A stretch of DNA of 64,000 nucleotides from Asterias rubens (GCF_902459465.1 NC_047069.1:11718001-11782000); one strand, 5' to 3'; counted from the first letter of the stretch, positions 26,287-39,880 are shown. Numbers and translations: made by a program. Notes: a model not told the origin generated them from the sequence alone.

Positions 26287-26590
26287 TACACTCCAAACGG
26301 GGTTTCTATTGAAGGCTGCCTCAGAAATCCTCTATAAATATTGAAAATAACTTGCCATTCTCTGATTTAGAGGTTCTGTGGCTACCCCGTTGTGTTGAAT
26401 GATGTGGTATTAGGTAAGACGCGCGATAGATTTGGACAAATTCTACGTCATCGCGTGCAGGGGATTTAAGTTTGCTTTTAGTCCAAAAATCCCTGAGCTC
26501 AGTGGCTTTGTACCTCCAGAGGTCAACTACCATAGGTAAATATGCATACATAACAGGATCATAATGTGTGTGTGTTAATGGAGTGCAAGG

Positions 26591-27009
26591 CAGGCCTGTG
26601 TATGCTTCGTTTTTGAAAGGCCAAGAACACCAAGGCATTTTTCTCATTGGTAAGGGCACCCTATGAGGAAATTGTAAATTTCTACTGTGGCATTTCAGGG
26701 CACCGAGGCAATGACCTGGGCCCAATTTCATAGAGCTGCTGCTTACACATTTTTGCTTTAGCAAAAAAATCCTTGCTTAGCAAAATCAGATTACCGGCCA
26801 AGACTCCACTCAATTGTTATGCTAAGTAAACAACAGTTAAATACCAGTCACAAGCAATATATATGGCATGAAATTTTGGCCAGTAACATGTGTGAAATTA
26901 GCGAGCTGTTTTCGCTTAAGCAAATGTTTTGCTTAAGCAGCTTTATGAAATTGGCCCCAGGGTGCATGGAGGCAATCGCCTTCGTTGCCTCCGTGAAGTA
27001 TCAGGCATG
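26591..27009 (+). mobile_element. Family D copy interrupted by a family E MITE
   Basis: caggcctgtgtatgcttcg...gcaatgac|insertion|ggtgcatggaggcaatcgcc...gaagtatcaggcatg; the uninterrupted junction gaccagggtgc is seen at ~16848. Confidence 0.8.
26719..26957. mobile_element. Harbinger-type MITE family E, complete
   Basis: CTG-ggcccaatttcatagagctgct ... agcagctttatgaaattggccc-CAG; GGSCC termini with CWG flanks are typical of PIF/Harbinger. Confidence 0.8.
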
Positions 27010-27316
27010 GCAGTGTAAACGTATCACTGTGAAAGTATAGTTTATCGTTTGCATACATGTGCAAAGCTGTAAAAACTTGTTCCTCTCGCTTCCTTGTGTG
27101 TTTAGAAGTGTACAGTACAGAACCGAAATATGGGCAACAGTTTATAGACTTGTTAAATGATATACAGTTTTAACACCAACCTGTATAATAAGGGGTGGGG
27201 ACAGTCAAATCCAAACCTATTGCTATATTATTATGGTATACAGAAAACTGCAAGACAGTTGGGGATCTAATATGTTGTGCTACCTATACGGAAGATGTAT
27301 AGCGATATCTCTACTA

Positions 27317-27488
27317 ATCTGATATTGAAGTGACATCGATTCATCTGATATTGAAGTGATATCGTTTAATCTGATATTGAAGTGATATCGATTCATCTGA
27401 TATTGAAGTGATATCGATTCATCTGATATTGAAGTGCTCAATATCGCTTAGTCTGATAGTGAAGTGATATCGATTATCGAAGTGATAC
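27317..27488. repeat. Minisatellite, 26-bp unit, ~6 copies
   Basis: atctgatattgaagtgatatcgattc in tandem. Confidence 0.9.
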
Positions 27489-28218
27489 TTACTGAGCTTG
27501 TGTTATGGCTCAGTTCTGAATTTCCTCAGACCAACCAATATAAAGTGACCATAAACAGGGTTTGCCCTTAATGTTGTCATTGACCAGTCACCATTGTCAT
27601 TTCACTATAGTCATTAAGATTCTTTTCCAACCAGAAGTCTATACATCATATTCAATGGGAATGCTTGTCAACACTGAACTAGGAACTAGCCAGCCGGAAT
27701 ACCTGTGAACATAGAGCAAGGTCTGGTCCTTGCTCTATGCTGTGAAGTATGATGTTTTGCAGTTTTAGTAATTTGTTAGGGAGGTGTGTTTTGTATCGCC
27801 ATAAAGATACCCTGTTGTCATTGTACTAATAATAAACACACTGTTGATAAAAACTTTCCAAACTTTGTATGTGCTTTCTGAAAATTTTTTAAGGTTCAAC
27901 GATTTACATGGGTTAGGAGTAGGTTTTTATTTGGGTTACTGCGTCAACAGATTGGTGGAGACCACGGAGACAGGGGTCCGCTGTCGCGATGTGGGTTGGC
28001 CCCTCCAAAATGGGTAACTATATGGAACGACCACTCTCATACTAAACCATGCCTCTTGGATGTAAGCCATCTTGCCCAGACCTGATCTTGCTAGCTAAGT
28101 TTACAAGTTGTAAATCAAATATTGTTGAGCGCGGTTGTGCAAAGTACAGTATTGATATAGCGCAAGCCGAACGCAGCCCTAATGTGTACATAGTTTGACC
28201 CTCCTCTCGTGTGCTTAC

Positions 28219-28744
28219 CTGTTGCCAATTTACGGGGGAAGTCCTGATCATCAATGATAAAGTCCAGTCCCTCCGGGCTGTTCATCACGGCTTTCAGGCT
28301 TTCCACCACCTCAACCTGAGCATAAGCCCTGGCAATACTAGCTGTAGACGGTTGGCTCAGACTCGTCAGAGCCTCAAAGAGTATTCCAAGTCCGTTTAGT
28401 TCCAGAAAGTTCAGCATCCATTGCGAATCGCACTGCGTGAGCTTCTTCTTCAACCGGGAAAAACTTTGCGCGGATGGTGCACCGCTACCACTGTGCAAGA
28501 GGTTCACGTAATGTTCCGGTTCGTCGCTCTTGACAGGGGGTGCTCCCCCTATCGCCTCGGTGTCATCATCAGCCCTGCCACATCGTGCCTCTTTGTAATT
28601 TTGGCGCCTCGCTTGTTGTAATAGTCTCGTCCAGCGTTTATGTACACTACCACTACGTTGTCGTAAGTGCGGGGCCAAAGCGGACTCAAACTCTGTCTGT
28701 CTCTTGCGGTAAAGATTCGGTGAGGTTGGTAGAGACTCGCACAT
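28219..28744 (-). CDS. INF2: Inverted formin (INF2-like) first coding exon (full exon 28219-28813)
   Basis: ttttcag acceptor at 28815-28814, ATG at 28744 with an upstream in-frame stop, ACAG|gtaagc donor at 28218. Translation ...RLKKKLTQCDSQWMLNFLELNGLGILFEAL...VKxLKAVMNSPEGLDFII..KLAT parallels INF2 [30 protein letters not shown]...VRAVMNSRQGIEYIL. Confidence 0.88.
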
Positions 28745-29931
28745 ACTGACGGTTCAGGTGACCCGTATCCTTGGCAACTGCTCTATTTCACACCCTTATC
28801 CGTTTCGGCATACCTGAAAACACACAGATCAAAGAGAAGGGAAAAAAAGTTTTAAAAAACCACAGTTATCAAACTGTCTGGTAGAACACTTCATTTATTA
28901 TCACAGGCGTGCTCTTCCCGCGTGTCGGTATGTAAAATATGGTTCCCTTTACAAGTGGGTGTCTTAAACAAACATCAAGACAAAGTTTGGGGGTATCCAT
29001 GGTCGCTCCTCAAGGAGTTACCAATCCAGCACCTTAAAACTACACTGGAGTGTATTTACCAATAATTTGTTCAGACGAGCCGACGCAGTTTAGGTTCCCA
29101 GAATGTATAAAGAAACCCCTGAGCAAAGTAGTGTAGGTGAGCACTTAAGGTGTGAAGTGTTTGAGGATGGTGGTGGTATTCCATTGTGTAGGAACAAGAT
29201 GAGGTTTTTTTTCTCCAGAGAAGTGAAAGTTAGACTAAAGGCACGTTCCGGTGATTGATCAAGTGGATGAAAACACTTGGGCAGTTAAAAAGTAGGGTTG
29301 TTAGAAGGGACCAGGCTCTGATTTCAAATTGCATGCTTGAAACACCATTTCTGGTGATGGAACCATGTCAGTTGTGTGATGGATTTTTCTAAGTATTTGC
29401 CCTTTGTATTGACGCAATATTTATGATGCCATTTGAATCGTATTGGGGTACGTTCAGACAAGGGGAAGCCTAAATCCAAAGGTGCTAAAATAACCCTCCT
29501 TTGGAACGCAAAAAAATCCGATCCGCGAGGGTTAATTTGACCCACAGAACTGGGCTAAACTATTACTTAACCTGATCTGTATCACACACTAATGATTCTT
29601 CCTGGAACAATATTTTATAGAGCTGCGTGACAAAATACCTGCTAGGGACAATACTAGGCAGGACACCAGTCAGATGACAATGATTGGTGCCTTTGGCTGG
29701 TAACCTGTCTGATCAGCAAATTGTCTGTTGTCTCAACTATACTTCAATAAAGGCAATTACTCCAAAATTGAATTACATTAAAAGCTTTCTTGGCAAAGAG
29801 CACATTTGAAACAATGTGGTTTTAGAGGACTCGGGTAACATTTCACCAATAACGAAGGAAAGGCTTCAGGCATATGGAAGGCACATATTCTAAGCAGCAA
29901 GGGTGTTTTGCCCCATTATTTCGTTGACCAG

Positions 29932-30399
29932 TTTAAGCCAAATGTTCACAGGTTTGTTATTTTGTACGTTTATGTTGTGAGGATACTGGTCTTTGACAGT
30001 TACCAAAAGTTAACAAGGCAGTGGACACTATTGGTAATTACTCAAAACAATTATTATAGCATAAAACCTTACTTGGGAACGAGTAATGGGGAGCTGTTGA
30101 TAGTATAAAACATTGTGAGAAAACGGCTCCCTCTGAAGTGGAGTATTTTTGAGAAAGAAGTAATTTTCCACGAATTTGATTTCGATACCTCAGATTTTGA
30201 ACTTGAGGTCTCGAAATCAACCATCTGAAAGCACACAACTTCGTGTGACAAGAGTGTTTTTTCTTTCATTATTATCTCGCAACTTCGACGACCGATTGAG
30301 CTTAAATTTTCACAGGTTTGTTATTTTATGCATATGTTGAGACACAGCAAGTAAGAAGACTGGTCTTTGACAATTACCCAAAGTCTCCAGTGTCTTTAA
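29932..30399. mobile_element. Family A MITE (30009-30399) preceded by a family A 3' fragment
   Basis: aaggcagtggacactattggtaattactc ... gtctccagtgtctttaa. Confidence 0.8.
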
Positions 30400-30649
30400 C
30401 ACTATAGTCATTTTTTTTTACTTTTGAAAGATGCGGATGAGAGTTATACAGCTGATTGCACAACATCATATACAGCAATCTCTTTTTCTCCAGTGGGAAA
30501 GTTCCACTTTCTCGACGGATTCCGGTCTTTTGTGCACGGGCCATTTGTTGTTTATGACTGATTACAAAAACAAATTTGATGCATATAAGTACTGACAAGT
30601 GTACACCCACTTGTTTTCAAGTAGTCGATGAGCCTACGGCCCCTAACGC

Positions 30650-31275
30650 TCAACCAAACCATAGAGGTACTTTGTTGCTCTAGAGCAATTTTCCCATTAC
30701 CAAGCGTGGAGAATACACTCATGGAGGTACGTTGTTGCTCAAAACATGGGCATTTACCCGCCAAACGTGGAAAATGCACTGTACTATTTTTGCCTATAAG
30801 TAACTCTGTGACAATATTTTTAAAGTTTGTTGCTCTAAACATGAGCATTTTTCAAGGCAAAACGAAGATGATGCACTGTGTTACTTGTTTCCCTTTAACG
30901 CAGTAACAAATCATGGAGGTACTGTGTTGCTACCCCAAACGTGGAAAATGCGTTTTGTGTTGTTGTTTTCTCTATACAGCTGTACCAAAAAATGTGAAGG
31001 TTTGATGCTCAATACATGAGGAACTTTTCTCTGCTAAACGTTGAGAATGCACTGTGTAATTTTTTTCCTTAAACGCTGTGCCAAAAGTTTGAAGGTACTT
31101 CGTTGCTCCAAACTTGAGCATTGATCTCTACTAACGGGTGAGAATGCATTATTTCTTATTTTTCTTAACACTGTACCAAAATCGTGCATCTCTGCCAACG
31201 TGGAGAATGCATTTCGTGTTGTTTTTCCTACTATAACGCTGTATACCAAAACCGTGGAGGTACTTTGTTGAACTG
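30650..31275. repeat. Degenerate tandem array (~60-110-bp monomers)
   Basis: Recurrent ggaggtactttgttgctc and ccaaacgtggagaatgca motifs, about 7 times. Confidence 0.65.
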
Positions 31276-32325
31276 TGCCATTTTCGCTGCCGACATGCGA
31301 CATGCATTTAATGTACTATTTTACTGCTAACGAGCTTTTCCATTTTGACGTTTTGTGTTGCCAGCCCAATAAAATTACAAACGTGTGGGTGTCTGTAAGG
31401 CACACCGGAACATTTCAATTTCACCAAGGATAAAATGGAGGAAGCACTGGCATACATGACTAAGTTCTTATTTGTCGGGCGGTTGTGTTTGATCGGCCGT
31501 AAAGACCTATAAAAACAATTATCTTTTGGAACAGAATCATTTTTGTGCGCCAAAAAAACTGGAGTTATATTTACCATGATATACAATATCAATTGCATTT
31601 ACCTTAAAAATGCAGGAAAATTCAACAAACTCTCAACACACAAAAGGTTTCGGCATGTGCCTTTTAAAGCCTATACCTAACCCATGAACTTGGTTGAGAA
31701 AGAAAATATAATAAATGAATTATAACCGTAAGCCCCTTTGATGTGTTTCTCTTTGCCGAATTGTAAAGGTCAGCCAATAATGCAACGTACCTTAATGCAC
31801 TTCACCACGGTCAGAGCGAATACCTGGCTAAGCACAAATAGTTCAACCGGCAATACACTACCTGCAGATTATAAACCTTTTTCTAAAATCATACGCGAGA
31901 CAATGATTGACAACAGCCCCTCCCCTTCCCCTTTTGAAAATTCTTTCAGTCGAATACAATACGAGAAGTCATCTAGAAGTCAACTATTGAAAATTAAACA
32001 CATTTTGCTCTCAATGGGAGGGTGGCTTTTGTTGCCGAAGGTTTAATAACCAATTTCAGATTTTTGTCCCCCAAACTGCATATCAATGTGTATTTTTAGC
32101 GTTGATACAATAACAATTGCTCACCTTGCCTATATAGAGTTCACCATTTTCCTGAAAAAAGGGACCTAACCCTTGTCAAGGACAGGACTTGAAACTCTCT
32201 AAAACTTTGAAGAATCTGATACTATTTTGTTTTCATTACATGTCAGTGGATCAAGGTTGGCCCATACAGATTAAATTGAAGGATGCTCTATAGCTTGACC
32301 TTTCTATTATGACAATATTATTTCA

Positions 32326-32714
32326 TAAAGTCATGGGACACTATAGGTAATTACTCAAAATAATGATTAGCATAAAACCTGTCTTGGTGACGAGTAATGG
32401 GGAGAGGTTGATGATATAAAACATTGTGAGAAACGGCTCCCTCTGAAGTGCCATTGTTTTCGAGAAAGAAGTCATTTTCCACGAATTTGATTTCAAGACC
32501 TCAGATTTAGAAATTGAGGTCTCGAAATCAACCATCTAAACGCACACAACTTCGTGTGACATGGGTGGTGTTTTTTTTTTTCATTATTATCTCGCAAGTT
32601 CGATGACCGATTGAGCTCAAATTTTCACAGGTTTGTTATTTTATGCATATGTTGAGATACACCAAGTGTGAAGGCTAGTCTTTGACAATTACCAATAGTG
32701 TACACTGTCTTTAA
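32326..32714. mobile_element. Family A MITE
   Basis: Body matches 314-683; ends accaatagtgtacactgtctttaa. Confidence 0.8.
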
Positions 32715-33063
32715 TGGTAGATTCAATCGATTTTGACATTGCGAGAGCCCAGAATTGAATTGAATCCGATTTGAAGTTTGAGACAGAAGATGCACCATCC
32801 TTTAGTTTTATTGACGGGTAAGCTGATATAAAGACTTTCTAAGTTTCGCCACAAAAATTGGGAACTGTACATTTTTTCCAACAGTGGTGTGTTAATATTA
32901 AATTACTTTGTTTATTAAACTTGTTGCAGTTAATCTGGGGCAGTCAGCAGCCTCTATAGTTTGTGCATGATCCAATAAGCTCACTGTTTCGATAAGAAAT
33001 TACATGGAGATAACAGGTGTTAGTTGTCAGATAAAAATGATGTTTTCCTCTAGATTCTTTCTG

Positions 33064-33434
33064 TAAAGGGAAGGTACACGTTTGGTAATTACTCATAACA
33101 AATGTTAACTTAAAAACTGACTTGGTAACGAGCATTGGAGAGCTGTTGATAGTATACAACATTGTGGGGGACTCCCTCTGAAGTAACGTGTTTTTGAGAA
33201 AGAGGTAATTTCTCACTAAAATAATAAAAGACTTCGAGCTAGAAGTCTTTTATTCTTATCTGAAAGCACACAAATTCGTGCAACAAGGGTGTTTTTTCCT
33301 TCATCATTTTCTCGCAACTTCGATAACCAATTGAGCCCAACTTTTCACAGGCTTGTTATTTTATGGTTATGATGGGATACACCAAGTGAGAAGACTGGTC
33401 TTTGACAATTACCAAACGTGTACCTTCCCTTTAA
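33064..33434. mobile_element. Family A MITE, TIR variant
   Basis: taaagggaaggtacacgtttggtaatt ... aattaccaaacgtgtaccttccctttaa; both TIRs carry the same variant bases. Confidence 0.8.
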
Positions 33435-35414
33435 TAACTACATTATAGCAGTGAGCCCTCCCAATAATCAAGAACATGTCATTGTAGACTACCATTTCAA
33501 TGTGTGGGAATCACACTGGCTCATTGGTTATCATTATTTTCCTGTCGTTCAATTCTGTGGACCCCCGGTTCAAATCCTGCATCAGACTGGAGCCTTCGAC
33601 GTGGATCGAGCTAAAGCTAAATAAATTCGTGGCTCTCCAGTTATTTATGGTTGGTTGTTGTGTTTGTAATCGTAAACCCAATAGTCATGTACATGTGAAC
33701 TATAGAAACAACAACAAAGGCGAGTACATAATCTTAATGAGACAGTTTCTGTTTACTTCGCATGAAAAAAAAACACAGAAAAAGGGGTTGTGCTGAGTGT
33801 GACCCGAAAGTGAGTTCAACCCATACGGTCCCTTCTTCAGACCAACTCTTACCCAGCATAATATTAGAGTGTTCCCCCCTAACTACCAATCCTCCACACT
33901 GGATAAGGGTATTACTTTCTTCGAGTTGAACTACGACCGTCATAATGTTTGTTTTCATCGGTTAGCACCCCCACCCCCCCCCCCCCACCACCACCACCCA
34001 CGGGTCCACACACCCCCTCCTTCCAACCCATGTATACAAAATAACATTGGTTTGACAAACGTACTCACCAACAGTGAGTAGTGTACTAACGTATAGTTAT
34101 GAAAGATTGTCTTGTTTACAAAATTTAAATGCCATTTTCTTTGAGGGGGCGTGCAAACCCCCTACAATGAGTCTCTGAGAACAGTGACCTGGGGGCGCCC
34201 TTGAGGGTGGTTAAATCCTATTTAGGAATAATCCATAAAGAAACTATTGTTGCCCTGAATTGTCTATTAAAGCCTGATCCGAGACAAATGGGCCGACTCA
34301 ACGATTAATCAATTTAACACAAACCCACAGTGCCGTTCCACAAGGCAGAGATATCATCGATTTTGAAGGAATTTCGAGAGTTCTGTGCACCAGTGGTTTG
34401 AAAAGCCTATTAGTCGGGTCCCCTGCTAGGTTTGTTGTGTACAAGCATGTGGCCACCATTTTGGTGACTGTCAAAATACCAGTATCGCGAATTTGTGTGT
34501 GACCCACATACACACTGTAAAAATTGAATAAAAAAGAAAAAGTTTAAGCTCAATCGTTCTTCGGAGTAAAACAAAACAATAAAAATCCATGTTTTCACTG
34601 TTTTGAAAGCCGTTTTCAAACATCAGATTTCGGACCCGCGGGGCGTGGCGAAAACTGTTTTTCTAACCATTAAAAAAAGACGTGATGCAAAACCAAAAGT
34701 AAATTGTCCACCATGACCTGTGAATAATATTTATATTTTCAGTCTTACCAATGGTGTGAACAAATAATTGAATGTTGACGCTGCCTCTAGTCGGAGGCCT
34801 ATTTGTCGGAGGCAGTGTTGTCCAATAATATTTTGGAAGCAATGGCCTTGAGCAGACAGAGGGCGCTGTGTACTTTCATGGTACGTGTGGCTAACAATTC
34901 GCTCATTGCAAATAGATTGAGAACTATTATAAAAAGGTTCATTGACAAGTATGTTTGACGTTTGCATGTCAGATATTACTAAGTGTGACCGTTGTTTGTT
35001 TAGTTTTGCAATGCAAAAGTATTCCAGCATCAAGACAAACGTTTAAAAGAATCAGCGAATAATAATGCTGATTAAATAAATAAAATAACAATTTAAATTA
35101 ATGGTTAGCTATTTCAATAGCCCACGTCTCCCCCCTCCCACATCAAAATGTTTCGTTGCAGTTGGATGAAACCACTCATCGCTCCTAATCGGTAACCTCT
35201 GCACATTACACAACATGTAACCTGTAACTATACATCAAATGTTGATAAACGAGCCACGTATAGGTTGGACTTTCTGCGGGCATGCTTTGGAAATGTATTC
35301 AGCCCCAATAGAAGAACGCATGCAATCGGGTATCTATGGCGATTTGTAATCAATTTTAGATCTGAAGAATGAGGGCACACCACATAACCTGTACAGTTGT
35401 ATTTTGTATAACCC

Positions 35415-35789
35415 TTAAAGGCACTGGACACATTTGGTATTGTCCAAGACCAGTCTTCTCACTTGGTGTATCTCAACATTATGCACAAAATAACAAACCT
35501 GTGAAAATTTGAACTCAATTATTGGTCATCAAAGTTGCGAGATAATAATGGAAGAAAAAACACCCTTGTCACAAGCAGTTGCTTTCAGATGCTTGATTTC
35601 GGGACCTCAAAATCTAACTATGAGGTCTCGAAATCAAATTCAAACGTGTTAGTGGAAAATTACCTCTTTCTCGAACTCCTACCATACTTCGAGAGAACAG
35701 TTTCTCACAATGTGTTTTAAATAGCTCTCCATTGCTTGTTACCAAGTAAGTTTTTATGCAAACAATCGTTTTGTGTCCAGTGCCTTTAA
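35415..35789. mobile_element. Family A MITE, inverted
   Basis: ttaaaggcactggacac ... gtgtccagtgcctttaa. Confidence 0.8.
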
Positions 35790-36030
35790 ATATAATTCAC
35801 TTGAACATATTGACACCAAAATGTAAAAGTTCTTCAAAACCAGTGTAGTATCTTGCCTACCGTTGTAATGATAATATGGTCACTCGACAATGGTTATGTG
35901 TTCTAAATTACTAATCAATATCTCAATTCAAATCACAGATCGCCACTTTGTTAGTTAAACAGAAATGACATGTAACATTTGGATTACGATATGACTTAAC
36001 CTTGGTACCCATTGGATTGACTAATCATTG

Positions 36031-36423
36031 TTAAAGGCACTGGACACGTTTTGTAACTGTAAAAAAACAACACAGTATGTTCACATGGTGTACCCCAACA
36101 TATCCCTAACAATTCTGTGAAAATTTCAAATCAATATTGGTCATCGAAGTTGCAAGAGGACAGTGCCAGAAACAAAACATTCTTGTTGCACAAATTTGTG
36201 TGCTTTCCGATGTCTATAATATATAAAAGGCTTGTCAAGCCCGAAGTCTTTTTAGTGTGTGAGTGAGAAATTACTTTTTTCTCAAAAACTACGTTACTTT
36301 AGAGGGAGCCTTTTCTCATAATGATTTATCTTATCAAAAAACTCTCAATTGCTCGTTACCTATAAAGTTTTTATGCTAACAATTATTTTGAATAATTACC
36401 AATAGTGTGTCCAGTGTCTTTAA
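36031..36423. mobile_element. Family A MITE, inverted, diverged
   Basis: ttaaaggcactggacacg ... gtgtccagtgtctttaa. Confidence 0.75.
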
Positions 36424-36814
36424 AGTCAATCACCAGAGTTGAGTCAGAGTTATGACGATGGTATCGGGGAATGGCTCTTGGTGTTAATTTGTGAGATAAT
36501 CCCTGGAACAAACACGAGATCATCTTTCATTGTTTTTGGATAGGAGGTGGTGTGTCAAGGCACCATTATGTGCAGTCATGGTACAAAATGACGTCAAATA
36601 CATGACTTATCAGGGCTATTCCAAAATGTCTGGTTTGGTTTTACCAATGTTTCAGACGGCTGTTGATATTTTCCCAAGTTATTTTTCTCAACCAGGGTTG
36701 AGCCATTCAAGTGTGAACACAGGTCAACCAATCTGTCCAATCTGTTCATCTGGTGTGACAGGGGTTCAGAATGTGATGTTAATCGTATGGAGTGATCAGA
36801 CATTTCGTTTTCTT

Positions 36815-37204
36815 TTAAAGGCAGTGGACACTATTGGTAATTACTCAAAATAATTATTAGCATAAAACCTTACTTGGAAACGAGTAATGGGGAGAGGTTG
36901 ATTGTATAAAACATTGTGAGAAACGGTTCCCCCCTGAACTAACGTAGTTTCCGAGAAAAAAAAGTAATTTTCCACGAATTGAATTTCGAGACCTCAGAAT
37001 TAGAATTTGAGGTCTCGAAATCAACCATCTGAAAGCACACAACTTCGTGTGACAAGGGTGTTTTTTCTTTCATTATTATCTCGCAACTTTGATGACCAAA
37101 TGAGCTCAAATTTTCACAGGTTTTGTTTTTTATGCATATTTTTGAGATACACCAAGTGAGAGAACTGGTCTTTTACAATTACCAAAAGTGTCCAGTGTCT
37201 GTAA
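36815..37204. mobile_element. Family A MITE
   Basis: ttaaaggcagtggacactattggtaattactc ... accaaaagtgtccagtgtctgtaa. Confidence 0.85.
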
Positions 37205-37542
37205 ATAATCTGCTCTTGAATGTCCCATCATAAAAAACTATGTTTTTCAAATTGCAGCTCATCTGCATAGACTGAACAGAGCAATGCTTTAGGCTATATC
37301 TACATATTTTTTAGTGGTAACGAACAAAGGCTAGGTTGGTCTTACCTGTCAAACCGTTAACAATCCGATGTTTTCAAGAAGAAGAATTTTTTTCCAAGAC
37401 CTCATCAAAACATATGTTCATCAAAGACACCCTTACGAGCAACTGCTACAATCATGAATTGTTATAATCACCTTAATTTACTCATTAGTCATTGTTCTAC
37501 TTTGATTATCACAGGCTTTGAGACAATGTTTGTTTTCGTCTA

Positions 37543-37822
37543 ATTATGGATTTGTAAACCATTGAAGACCCTTCAGTTTGTTATCTTTTGTTTTATCTAG
37601 ACTATGCTGTTAATTATTGGCGTTTAAGTTCAGTATACACTGCACTTTTTGTAATGAGTGGTTATTGTTTACGAAACAGTTAACAATTTAAATGATTATG
37701 GATTTGTGAATATTAATTGCCCTTCAGCGAGTGTTATCTTTTGTTGTATGTAGGCCATTCTGTTAATTAATGGCGTTTAGTTCAATACAGTTAACTTTTG
37801 AAATGAGTGGTTATTGTTTATG
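37543..37822. repeat. Diverged two-copy tandem duplication (~153-bp period)
   Basis: attatggatttgt...gttatcttttgtt...ggcgttta...aatgagtggttattgttta occurs twice. Confidence 0.7.
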
Positions 37823-38031
37823 CAATAATAATTATGAAAATAAATAGGTCGTGAAGGAGTTTGGTTTTTTTTGCAGTGTCAGCTAGGTGTCTAAACTTTG
37901 CATACGAGTTTTTCTAACAATACATAATCTCATAACTTATAACAACTTCACGAGTCTTTAGTATGTATGTTAACACTTGTTTTTTGTATTTTTTTAAGCA
38001 TTAATTTGAAATCCAGGCGTACATGATCTTA

Positions 38032-38242
38032 CACTGTCAAAAATATCCGTAACATTTACGGCACTTTACCTGGCAGCTATAGGGTGCCAGGTAAAATGCC
38101 GTAAGTTTCACAGTTGAAGTGTTGTAAATTGTGCCTTGAAAGGGTTGTTTACAAAACTTCCACCGTGAAATTTACGGCACTTTACCTGGCATCCTGGCTG
38201 CTAGGTAAAGTGCCGCAAATTTTACGGATATTTTTTACAGTG
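38032..38242. mobile_element. CACTG-terminated MITE (EnSpm/CMC-like) with nested internal repeats
   Basis: TA-cactgtcaaaaatatccgtaa ... ttacggatattttttacagtg-TA; internal tttacggcactttacctggca occurs in direct and inverted copies. Confidence 0.8.
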
Positions 38243-38939
38243 TATTTTTATGTATAACACTACCACTTTTCAAGCAAGTTGGACTCTGTCATCCTATACA
38301 ATGTAAACCATGGTAACATAATTATGTGCCCCACCTGACCCCACAGACGAAGAACATAACAATCATCACGAATACTGGGGTGGCCTTGTACTTTAAATGT
38401 CCCACTTCCAGAGCTAGTTATACGAATGTGTGTTATAGGTCTACTTTGTTATAAGAGAAACCATAATAGACGAAAGCCTGTTAAATGTACATAGAAGGAA
38501 ATAAATACACAATTAGAAACATAATAGTGAGACAAATCCTTTAAGAAGAGTAGACAATAGCTGCTGATATTAATCGTGCAGGTAAATGTTGTTATCTTGT
38601 GGCGCGCACTCGGCTTTGTTCATGCCGCCATTATGGCGGCTAACTACTGTGAGCTGATTCTATACAAAAAGATCCTATTTTTGTGCTAAGGCACCCCCCC
38701 CCCCTTTTTTTTTTATACAACCAAACGACTACCAACCTGTATTGGTCTCTATCCATGTAAAATGTTGCATTTCAATTTTATAATTTTTACAAATTGCAGA
38801 AATAAATCTAATTTGGCGAGCAATATTTCAAGGTTTCTCTCTCTCTCGACTGTTTTGAGATTTTGTTTGCTTTTGATAAAGGTTGTTTATTTTATGACGA
38901 TTAATTTGTATACACTATTGTATTTAGGTTGTATTATTA

Positions 38940-39114
38940 ATTGGTTTTACCCTTACATCGATCTGTGTAAAACACTGTATACTCGGTACTTTTTTGAGTC
39001 CTGTGAAAATAAAATCCACAGGCATGATACTTGGGTGTGATTCGAACCCACGACCTCTGCCATTCTAGAACAGATTTCTAACTAACTTGACTGTAGAGAT
39101 TGACAGGTAGCTAG
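38940..39114 (-). mobile_element. tRNA-derived SINE-like element (same family as 10523-10700)
   Basis: Reverse complement reads ctagaatggcagaggtcgtgggttcgaatc followed by the shared body. Confidence 0.6.
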
Positions 39115-39313
39115 ACGCAGTTTTGGCAGTGGGTACCGCAACAATTAGTATATGATAACTAGATTATATGATCGGATCCAACATACATTAAATGACAAAC
39201 CTTATGTGCCATTAAATCTTATGCTGTCGATCAGTTATCAGAGTCGGGAGAAAAGGAGCAAAACACACTTGTATGTTTTCTCTGTCGTCAAACTCCTATG
39301 CCATTGTGATCAT

Positions 39314-39690
39314 TCAAGGCGCTGGATACTATTGGTAATTATTACTCAAAATAAATTGTAGCACAACAACTTACTTGGTAACGAGCAATGGAGAGCTGTT
39401 GATAGTTAAACACATATTATGCGAAACGGCTCCCTAAAAAGTAACGTAGTTTCTGAGAAAGAGTTAATATTATTTCTCACTCAAATAATTAAAGTCTTCC
39501 AGCTGAAGCCTTTTATTGTGCATCTGAAAGCACACAAAGTATTGCAAAAGGGGTGTTTTTTCCTTCATTATTCTCTCGCAAATTCGATGACGAATTGAGC
39601 CCAAATTTTCGCAGGTTTGTCATTGTATATGCATGCACCAAGTGAGAATACTGGTCTTTGACAATAATTATTGCCAAAACGTGTAATTGT
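39314..39690. mobile_element. Family A MITE, diverged
   Basis: caaggcgctggatactattggtaattattactcaaaat ... ctggtctttgacaat. Confidence 0.7.
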
Positions 39691-39789
39691 GAAAACGAAA
39701 GAATATGTGTCCGGACATGATCATTGTTTGTTGCTCTCCCTCTCTGTATAGGCAAATCCTTGATGATAGACCTCCTTTTCTAACATTTT

Positions 39790-39880
39790 TTTTGGGTCTG
39801 AACAAAAAACATTTCACTGGTGTGGGATTCGAACCAGCGACCTACGGATGAACGTGCCGTAGCTCTCAACTCATGATATT
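39790..39880 (-). mobile_element. tRNA-head SINE-like fragment, second family
   Basis: B-box ggttcgaatccc on the minus strand; no complete cloverleaf. Confidence 0.4.
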
